Source: Balanoglossus misakiensis
Taxonomy: Eukaryota > Animalia > Hemichordata
Length of the DNA stretch: 64,000 bases
Reading direction: 5' to 3'
Assembly: GCA_040954595.2 (NCBI GenBank)
Contig: CM082577.2
Coordinates: 7,775,846 to 7,839,845 of the forward strand
In this document: in pieces, positions 1-10,882 of the stretch
Numbering within the stretch: the first letter of the stretch is position 1
How the letters are laid out: every line of letters begins with the position of its first letter
Made by a program: the position numbers and the translations under genes
Notes under the pieces: model-generated
The model's input: only the letters and a program-made list of their open reading frames with translations
Told to the model about the DNA's origin: nothing
The model's database searches: none

Positions 1-915
1 ACATCATATATTCCAGATACAGAACACAGTGTATATTTCTACAGTAGTCATGTGACACGCTTTTTTGTAGACCTTGGAAAATAAAACATTTGGTCATTGG
101 TTTATTGGTCAAATAAAATCGTATGGTCACCGCGCTCTATTTTGAGGTAAATTTCGTTAAATGGTTTGCCCATAGACAAACCACTGGCGATGAAAAAATG
201 CTGACTCGGCAGTTTTCGTCAAATACCGACCAAATTTACGGCCTTGCATTTCAAAAACAATCGTGGTGTCCCTTGCATTTTGTTACAGATTTTTTATGCT
301 TGCAAAGAAAAACCAAAACTCTACAAATAAAAGAAATGGCAATGCATTGAATTTCACTGATCGTACGTCCTTAACATTATGTTTCTACATTTATTACTCT
401 CTGGCATTGCGTATCGCCCTCTGTGGTTAGATAACAGGCAAGTAAAAGTGGCGAGTGGGCGTGTGCTCCTAACCCAACTCAGTCGCTTTTTTCGGCTTTT
501 CGAAGTTCAGCGGTAGACTTATCTCCATGTTGACAAATAGTCTTTCACACCTTCCTAAATCACCTGCCCACAATGCTTTGAACACTGTTTATATAGTTGG
601 GTTTGTCTGTGGACTTAATTATGTATGCATGGACCGCTAATTACACTTTACTGTCAGCAGAGTGGTACACTAGAACCTACCTGTTTTTCCATATGCAAAT
701 ACCTTTGCCTGGCTCGAGTGCGAAGTGGCTCCCTGATCACAGGCATTAAAAAAGGTGGCAAATTCCGGCATTCGCGCACATTTTTCGGAATCGACACAAT
801 AGGCAATGCATAGACAGGTACCCTAGGTGAGCTTTGATGGGGGGGGGGGGATGAAAACTTTTCAAAGCATGTCATAGACACTTTAAACACATTGCACGTT
901 TCATATTAATTCAAG

Positions 916-3900
916 GTACGGGTGACGGAGACCAATCTATCGTATATGTCATGGCAACTGGTATGGAGAGAACCCACGAGAACTTTGGGCCAAGTTTCAC
1001 AAGAACCAGTCTAATCTATGATTTCCAGGGAGGCACTGTAAGTATACTATGTAACTGTTTTGTGCTGTGTGCTGGTACCCTAGTCAGAAAGACTTCCTTT
1101 GCGACTGCGATGTACATGTACCTACACTGTGCAAATTTGTGCGCGTGACGTAATGTCACATTCTAAACAAAATTTAGAGCATTTTATGGGCAGTCACGGA
1201 GCTCGTAGAAGGGGAACATTTATATCCTGTAAATAAAAAGTGTGGCGTGAAAACGATGTTCAGCGGTCCATGTGCATTGTATGGTTGCAATGGGGCAACC
1301 TCCGTGAATCAAGCATGGTGAAATACGAAAAAAAGTACACTTATAGAAATTATAGGACATGGCCTATATATTCATTTCGATTTGTATTTTACATTATTAT
1401 AATAAAATATAAATATACAAAATCAATTACCTTGACTTACCTTATCTGGCATACCTTATCATGATGAAGGGGAAAGGGTAATATTTTTGACATTTTATTA
1501 TTTTTGAATAAGCACGGTGGCCCTATATTTTTTCTTATTTGTGGATTTGGTATACAGAAATGTTTTTTTTAATATCACAACTTTTCTTTTTTCCTGAACG
1601 TACATCCCTCAAAATGATAAAGTCTGTTTCTGTGGCATAGTTGCAGGGAGATGGGCAGACAGACAGACAGACAGACAGACAGACAGGCAGACAGACACAC
1701 AGACAGATAGACTTACACCTGATCACTATTAAAAGGGTTCGTATTGTGAAAATGTGTGTCCCGACCTTCTCTATTCGTCGTTGACAGGGCGAAGACACCA
1801 ACGGTGCCGGCACTGCTTTCTCTGGTATTATCGCTGGACAGTACACAGGCGTGGCCGCAAAGACAAGACTCGGTATAGTCAGGATTAACGACGTACCAGA
1901 CACAGCTACCCTCCTTGCAGATAACGTGATCGCCGGTAAGACTCCATGAAACTATTCGAAACGTGCAGGTGGACATCGTGTTAATAATGAATTGGTATTA
2001 AGGTTTTTTTTCTTCAAATTCTGCCCAATTTGATGCGATGCGAAATGCGTATGGCTGTCGCGAAGGTCGACTCGGGGCGGTGATTTTCATCATCCCGCGG
2101 GGGGACGTTTCTAACTCAGTGTGAAATGGTCTCGCAGGTATGGTCGCAATCCTCGATCACTACAAGCAACTGAAGGCTGTCAACCCGGTCGGCCATCTTC
2201 GTGGCGTAGCCGTGGGAGCGCCCTCTGTTCCGGAAACCACCCCTCGCCTGGCTGAGATCGAACAGTTGATGAGAGACATGGTTACTGAAGGCATCACTGT
2301 CATTGGAGCTGTCGGTGATGACGTCAACGCCGGACAAGCCGACTGCACCACTCTGTCGCCAGCCAGAATTTACTACGAGCCAGGAGTAAGTATCCGCTTT
2401 TTGGTTGCAGGAACAGTATTTTGGCAATACGACTTTGGTACTTTTGTTCTACTGCGGTTCCCTATTCATATCTCTGAACCATAACAAAATGTTCTGATAG
2501 TTTTCTTATCAACACTTCCTTATATGCGTATATTTCAATAATAACAGTATTCAATCTTGAATAATATGAATTAAAGTCTCTACGTGCCAGGATGAATGAA
2601 TTTGTTCAAAGGTGTTCAATCTTTACCAGTCATGATCGTTCAAAAGGCAACCTGGTGCACTGTTCGAATAAAACGTCAATTCATGGATGAATACACGTAC
2701 CATTCTCATTCTCCGATCTGACATTATTTTCTGGCGACAGGTGCTTATTGCTGGCGGAGTGACCAACACAGACAACCGTCATGCCAACTCCGTCGTCGGA
2801 GGACCCGTCCACTGCGCCGAAATCTATGCTCCTAATCACGAAGTTATTTCCTCTGTTCTTAATAACGCCTACCAAGTGATCCCGACAGAGACAGCTTTTG
2901 CTGCCGCTCACGTCGCCGGTAGGTATTGGGCTCATGCATCGAATACACATTTCAATTCTGCCTGATGTTTGACAGCCTCTGTAATAATGTGAACGCCATG
3001 ACATAAACACAATTATAACACACCATGCAGCGAACCCTCGATCGTGATTCGTCAATACGACGTCACCTGACCTTAGTCATTTCGAACTGTTCCCTAGGGC
3101 ATCAGTTCGATTGGTTTGGTGTGTTATAAAACACATGATGACTGACATATTCGGGCAACGGCGTACTTTTGATGACCTCGGGACTGCCAGTCACACCAAA
3201 ACAGTCTGTTTTCCCTCGGGCACAAGACTGTATTAGTTGTGACTAGCAGCGCCCTCGGTCATCAAAATACACTGTTGCCCCCATTGTCAGTCATCATGTG
3301 TATACTGTTGCAGTGCTTTGTGACCAGACACTAAAGTGCATGCCTGTTGAACATGTCGTGAATGTGCCATGTTTAATTTCTATTCGCATGATGTTTTACT
3401 AAACATTTGATGGTTAAGACATGAGTAAACACGCGGGGAAGACCATGATATAATCTAAGGGTGTGTGTGTGTGGGGGGGGGGGGTAGAATCTTCAGGGGC
3501 GCCCTGCTCACATCACGTGGTTTAATTCCAGGTGCCGCTGCCAGACTTAGGACACAATGCCCAGACTTGACAGAGAAGGAAGTAAAGGATTTCTTGATTG
3601 CTGGATCCAATGTGTATGGTAGCCCTGCTTTGGACGTGGACGGCACCCCACTGCCATCCAACATCCTCCGTGTCCCGTAAGTGTATTCAGCATACAAAAT
3701 GTTATAATTCACATGTTACTGTTGACAATTGAACACCGCATTTTAAACGTATACTTGCTTTATAGGCAAGCTAATTACTTGGCAATTAAATGTGCTTTAA
3801 CGACTTTAACAAGAAACCGTTAGCTGTTGCATGGACCAAAATGAAGAAATGTTTATCGAAATGTACAGTGATGGTCCATTTATATCTTAAATAAACCTCA

Positions 3901-4198
3901 CAATTTTCACTGTGCACGTAGACTGCACCATCGCCATTTCCAACTAGCTTAAGAAAATGACACTGATATGCCACAAAATCAATGTTGGGCATAGTGCGCT
4001 ACATATATAGCACTCGCCTAACGGCTCCTGCTATATGTCGCGAATTGCACCCAAATCTCGTGACTGTATACACGCCTGAGGCGTGGGTTATTGCTTAATT
4101 ATAAATAGGATTTTACAATTTGGCAGCAACGTGACGAATTCTATTTTTTTTCCAGCCATGCTGACGACATGCCAGGCTGCACCCTGCCAGCCCTGTGA
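916..4198 (+). CDS. Proteinase K/subtilisin-like (S8A) pseudo-protease, 5'-partial; exons 916-1037, 1788-1935, 2138-2385, 2741-2918, 3532-3676, 4156-4198
   Basis: Six exons with AG/GT boundaries splice in phase into one ORF. Collinear proteinase K-type motifs: GDQSIVYVMATGMERTHENFG, EDTNGAGTAFSGIIAG..GVAAKTRL, GITVIGAVGD..SPA, EIYAP, TETAFAAAHVAGAAA. Ends TGA 4196-4198, AATAAA ~4257. Signal/prodomain exons not found in the window. Confidence 0.88.
3131..3301. mobile_element. ~170-bp palindromic (fold-back) MITE-like element in an intron of the S8 gene
   Basis: ACACATGATGACTGACA at 3131 pairs with TGTCAGTCATCATGTGT ending at 3301; the arms continue inward (GGGCAAC/GTTGCCC, TTTTGATGACC/GGTCATCAAAA, AGTCACA/TGTGACT, ACAGTCT/AGACTGT). 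Confidence 0.75.
3949..4098. mobile_element. Degenerate palindromic non-autonomous element bounded by TTAA
   Basis: TTAAG...GCTTAA ends, with a central hairpin TATAGCA-CTCGCC-TAAC-GGC-TCC-TGCTATA. Confidence 0.4.
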
Positions 4199-4674
4199 AC
4201 GGAGTAGGCTACTTTTACGGACATTGTAATTGTTGATGTGTTCTCTTATTATCGGAAATAAATGTGTTGATTGATATAAGGGTTTGAAAGTTTCTTTTTA
4301 TTTGAAAAAAATGGTCACTTTATATAAAAGCATCTATTTAAATAAATGTGTCATAGGAAGACGATATGGTGAGGTCAGAAATTTCCTAGTTCTCACTGCC
4401 CGTCACATTCTTTTATCAAATGCGTTTGCACACGCAATTCTCGGTACATTAAATCGGTTTTAGTCATGCTGGGGGGTCACATCATACTATAATTGCATTG
4501 TGGGTAAAACGTCGACAAGAAACGAATAAATGATATGGTAATTACATCTCATGACTTCCTTTGCTCAAAGCGATTCCTTCTTTGCAATTAGAATATAGAA
4601 CTCGCCCATATTTTGTTCTCTTTTTGTTTGTTTGGTGTGTTTTTTTCTGCCACAGCGCCTTAATAGTATGACCC

Positions 4675-4787
4675 AACATCACTTTAAAGGGCGACGATCG
4701 TCTTATGCGCATGTGCAAAACGAGAGACTCCGAACATCACTTAAAGGCCGACGATCGTCTTATGCGCAGGTGCCAAACCAGAGACTC
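4675..4787. repeat. Two-copy ~57-bp tandem duplication downstream of the HEXD-like copy 1 stop
   Basis: AACATCACTT(T)AAAGG.CGACGATCGTCTTATGCGCA.GTGC.AAAC.AGAGACTC occurs at ~4675 and ~4733. Confidence 0.85.
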
Positions 4788-4838
4788 TGCGACAATTAAC
4801 GCTATCAATGAATGCATATATGTATTTCATCGCGGTCG

Positions 4839-7800
4839 TCAGGTTGGGATCCTTGCTGTAGAGGTGTCGTAGCCAGGCAGATCTTTAGTTCTATCTCGAC
4901 CGTAAGTCTGTGCCTTGGGTCTCTTTTCCTCCGGCACCAAGAGTTCATTGTGCCTTTTCTGTAGCTCAGAGATGTCAGGTTCCCCGAGTAAAGTCAACTG
5001 TTCGGTGACCCTTTCATGGATTTCTTCAAACGAGATAGCAGACGGTCTTATGTAAACGGCGATCCACTCCTCCACGGTGCTGTCGTCAAACACCTCTGAC
5101 AGTGCTTGAACAGTGTAATTGCGCAAACTCGACAGAAAAATCTGAATCCTGACGATCAAAAAAAAGGACAGGGGGGAGTAATCAGCCACGCATTTTTGCA
5201 CGGAGAGCTGGGTCGATAACCATGGTTTTTGCAGTTCTACAAAGCGTTCTTTTTTAACATCAAACGGGGCAGGTGATGATAATATCCAATGGTATACTTT
5301 AATGTGTGAGTGTCTGACATCCGACAATGACAAAATATTAAATGTACATGTACTCACAGTGTACATCCAGTAACAATCAAATGCATCAACAATCTTCAAT
5401 TTGATCACAAATTACGTACATATCTTGAAAATGGGTCGCAAACGTGGTCACTTTCAGATCTGGGACAAACATACGCCCTCATACCTGTGTACATCCTTTA
5501 ACAGAGCTTCAAGCTGATTATGACTCAGGCGTCCTACTTGTATCTGATGGTCTGACATCCAGCTCCACAATCTGAGTATGAACGAAAACAAAAACTGGAG
5601 AATTAAACAGGATGATACCGTGGACAGTGCTCTCCCATTTGATTAGAATCGAGATAATATACCCAGTCTATACTATGCGTGTAGGCAGACAAGAGTGGAC
5701 TTTCAGTGAAACAATTTACGGTCTGTACCAGTTATTCATACTGTCCAGCCACATTTACTCATTTCTCATTTACTTGACTGCATATCCATTGATCCATAAT
5801 GTTTAAACCACATTGTCCCTTTGAAATTAAGATTCAAATATACAGGAATTCAAATAATGGATAATTCAACGATTTTTGGTCTGGGATTGGTTGTTTTTAA
5901 CTTTAAAATCAGTTACTTACGTGCTGAAGTGGGGGTCATAAAAATCCTTCAAAGTTTTTGATGTTTCAAACTGCTTCAGTGTTACTGCAGCAGCATATAT
6001 TTCGTGGCCAGGGAAATCACCAGAGTTCTTTATATTCTGTGGTAAAAGACTGAAAATTATGGTATAATTTTGTACCTAGGAAACATTATTGTATTTCATT
6101 TGTAAAATTCAAATACATGTACTGTAATATGAAAAACAACAAGCAATATTCATACATGGCATACTAGTATACTAATTACATTTCTTGCCAAGTCAACTTT
6201 CTACATTTTTGGAAAGTTTCTTCAGAAATAATTTTCAGGTAACAGAGATAAGTTCATAAAAAAAACCCAATAAAGATGTACCTACGCTGGACTCATACTA
6301 TTTGACGATATCGTGAATGGTACTCCGTAGCCAAAGCCAAGGGCCTTAGATACGTTTTGATGGATTTCCACAGAAAGTCCTCCTGAATGCAAGTAAAACA
6401 CGAGAAAACGTAACAATAATTCTCACATTTCCAATTAAAACTAAGACGTGTCCAATACAAGACAAAATCAGACTCTTGGCCGCCTTAATGTCTTACGCTT
6501 GTTCCATCTTGTGAACAAAAATGGCGATAACGTTTACACGTACACGAGTCCAAAACATGAATACGTTCATCTTTATTTGCGATAAGCTCATTTAGACACG
6601 TTTAAGATTTCTCGGAAGACTTAAAAAATCATTTTGTTTTATAGCGAATTACGGTAGTCGAAATGTGATGATGAAAAAGATTCTGTCATTAATTTTACTT
6701 GCTTCCCCATGAGTGAGCAAAACTTAAAATAAATCAGCATGTATTGACATCAATGAACAAAGAATGGGGCAAAATTTCATGTTTCGGCCACTTTTCGCAT
6801 ATTATGGAAGTGTGATACATTCCATTATCTGATAGGGGTATGAACTTCATTTGAGTCTTCATTTTGTCAGAGGAGGTGTTTTTACTATGACCTGACCTAC
6901 ATTTGTAACTGACATAAACAGACATACAACAGATGCATTATTATAATAAATTATCATATTTTGAGTAAATAAGATAAGAATTATCTAGTTAAAATCAATG
7001 GGACAATTTAGTTGACCTATTTTGTATGTGCCTACATAAAGTGTTGGAGTTGGTCGAATTTCCATGACTTTTTTCTGCGACCCGCGGTGGCCAGACGGTG
7101 TTGACGGATGCTGTGGGTTGGAGGTCCAGTGAGTAAAAGCGTGTCACAGGAAGATGTTCGAAATGCCGTGAAATGTTTTCGAGATCCTGTTCATCGGGTA
7201 CTTTTTCAAAATTTCAACACCGATTTTCAGTACGGACCACTGTTTCTCAGTCAGTGTGCATACAAAGTACTATTTATTCCGTACATGTCGTTTCATGAGT
7301 TTTCAACATTCAGTTACACGCGTCAACTTCTCACGATGTAATCTATACCGTCTGGACACCAGGGACTAGATAGCGATAGACTAGTCTGGTGCTACAAGAT
7401 GAGTGTCAGATATGGACCATTGTAAATGTGGTGGTGACTTCGACAAGACGATAACTTGGTTTAAAGTCAACCCGTGCCTGGGAAAATCCAGGTGTAAGTT
7501 CTGTACTATCAGATAATAATATAATAAACATGCATACATGTAGGAATAAATATTGATAAGCAACCATACCGTGCAATATTGTCTGGAGACAGTAGGCAAG
7601 ACATGGGATGGCAACCGGCAAGAGCTCACATGGAATGGCGTAATGATCGTACCTGTAGAACGAAACCATTGACATTTCACGGATTTTATGGTAAACGTGA
7701 ACCCGATTGGAAATAAATGGGATAACTGAACATTTTCAAAAACTCTGAGCATTTTCCAAACTCTATTGACCGTGCACCTTAAAACACAACTGGAGTCAGG

Positions 7801-8830
7801 CCTCACCTCTGCCAACCGGTAAAAGCATAACCACGGAATTTGTTGTATGGCACATGGGTATTTATCTCGTCTAGCCATGTATGGTGATTTTTAATGTGAC
7901 CTGGAATATCGCAGTAGTAGGTATGGGGACCAGATGAACCTGTAAACATCATAAATGACAGATAAGTTACAGTTACACACACTGCATGCGTAATTAGGTC
8001 GCCTGGAAAATTGTAACTATGGTGTGCGCGCGGGCATGCACAGCGTGTATGTGTCACTGGCAGTGGTCGTTAATACGGTGCCGCCAACTATTTTTAGGGT
8101 TGGAAGAAGGTAGCCGTATGGTCCGTGTTTTTACGTTATTTTTCTGGCAGAGCGGTATATTTTTCGGGGTGTGAATTTGGGCCACTGAGATCCATTGTAA
8201 ATCGCACATCCCTCAACTCATCTACACATTCATGATACGATTCAAATAACGTTTGAGTATGCAGCAAATATAGGCAAACACCGGTACCTTTGAACGCACT
8301 TGCGGCCCAAACATTGTCGAAAACACGCAGATATTTGGGCCATAATTGACGAGTACCAACCCAACTGAAACTTGTAGAGTATATCCACACCATAGGTTCA
8401 ACCAACACACCCAGACCTACCAAAAAACAGAAACATGAAAATGAGTTTTACAAACGTAAGGAGCTACGGGTCGATTCTTTCTTCGCTGGTTTTCTCATAA
8501 TTGTCGGAAATATCGGCACTAAACGTTCAAGGAAGCTACTGACAAGAAACTAATAAACATTATCTCGAGTCATTATTGTGACGTAAAAATTAACATACCC
8601 TTCAGCGACACCTCGGGTAATTTTCTTAACATATCGTCCCATATAATTATGTTAACATCGTAGGATTGTTTAACATACGTTGCTACCGCTTCGACATGTG
8701 ACAGGAATATCTTGTTCGTGTTGTCTTGAAAATCGTTTTTCTTTTTATACTTGCACAGCTGACATTCAGCCAAATGAAAAACCTGGAATCAACAAAAATA
8801 TTTTCTATTTTTTTATCGTGTATTTGGTAC

Positions 8831-8907
<77 letters not shown>

Positions 8908-10675
8908 CGTGTATTTTCATTTAACGGACCTCATCACAGCCAATATGGATATGCTTCACTCGTCTGTGTAATGACATAACTTGGTGTACCAACGACTTCA
9001 CCAAGTTCATGGATTCTGCAAAGAATTGAATGTAAACGTTTTGAGGAAATGCCCATCGCAAACAGTCCGGTATAGTTCAAACTCTATTAGCTGCAACTAT
9101 TAGACCCGTTCCCAGTATTTCAGTACCACTACAATTTTGCCATCATGTTCATCATGGTATTTAAAATGCAAGCATTATAGTTGTTAACACAACCTGCAAG
9201 TGTGTCACAACCATTGTTATTGTTGACAAGTGAATTTTCGTCTGAACCTGAGTAAAGAAACAGTTCCTACCTGGGTGTGACGGGCAAAGCGCCGATGGAT
9301 ATTTCAAGTTTTCTCTCAAGTGCTTAAACTTTTCATGTTTTAATACAAACTGTAAATAGAATCACAGTGATATGTTTTATTATTTTCAATAATAATAACT
9401 ATAACAACAACAACAATCATCGTCATCGCCATCGTCACGACATCGTCAATGGCAGTAAACTCGCAGTAAAACCACCAAAACCGTACAATCAGAAGAATAC
9501 ATGACATTTTATAGATTGCAATACAGAATCGTTGAATTATTTTTTTCCATTCGTTGCATATGTCATCAACCATCTATTAGTTTAAGTTTCGTGTAAATAA
9601 AACACAAGACCCGAGACGGGATGGAATAAAGGCAAATGTGTTTTGAGAAAAGCTTTGCATTATGTTATGGACGGTTGAGTTTGGAAGCTTACCTCCATGT
9701 GTCCGAATGTCTGAATCAGAGGGATGTACTCAAGCCCATTCTCTCTGGCCAGCTGTTGCAAGTAGAATATGTCAGATGCCCTGAAACAACAGCAGGAAAC
9801 GCACGGGTTTAAACATGCCATCATAATGTAGCATAATTATAAATGAGATTAAAATGCAACATTCCTTGCTTGAGGTGGCATTGCATGAAACCGTCGAGAC
9901 TTTTTCAGAGGCCTATTTCTCATCAAAGACAACGTTAAAACCCCCATAAACCATATATATTCTAGAAGATGAGTTTTTGAAGTTGCGTATATAATTGATC
10001 CCCGGAAATGGTATCAACAAGTACACAGCTAAAATAGACGTGTTTATATAAAACTACACAGCCAGAGACACGGGCTCACCTATAGGCATTAGGTGCTGAG
10101 ATAACTTTTAGATCTCCCACGTAGGGAAACATGTCTTCGTATTCCACCAATAGCGCATTCGCACCCATTTTGCGGAAGAGTGGAAAAATCTGGAGATGAT
10201 GGAAGCCATACATGTACATTAGGCATGTGAGTGAATGAGTGAGTGAGTGAGTGAGTGAGTGAGTGAGTGAGTGAGTGAGTGAGTGAGTGAGTGAGTGAGT
10301 GAGTGAGTGAGTGAGTGAGTGAGTGAGTGAGTGAGTGAGTGAGTGAGTGAGTGAGTGAGTGAGTGAGTGAGTGCGTCAGTCAGTTAGTCAGTCTGTGAGT
10401 GAGTGAGTGAGTCAGTGAGTGAAGCAAATCTCGACACATCCAGAACATGAGGTGTGTTATTAGTTATGAATATTTGTTGGTTGTGACTGTGGACTAAAAA
10501 GTATGATTTTGAACTCAAATTTTAATGCTACCTATCTTTAATGCATAATATGTCTTTAAGGGATTTGTGTGTTCATATATGTATTCACTCAAGTGTAAAA
10601 ATGGACTCACCTTTTTAAAAAAGCTAATCTTGGGTGGAGCACCCTTGAGATCTAAATGAACTAACCTATCGGAAA

Positions 10676-10746
<71 letters not shown>

Positions 10747-10795
10747 ACAAACAAACAAACAAACAAACAAACAAACAAACAAACAAACAAACAAA

Positions 10796-10882
<87 letters not shown>

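Noticed and set aside
4675-4787. CRISPR-like direct repeats
   Set aside because: Only two adjacent copies, no spacers, no cas genes, eukaryotic context.
8680-8979. Poly-Ile and poly-Ser ORFs
   Set aside because: Translations of an intronic (CAT)n microsatellite antisense to HEXD copy 1.
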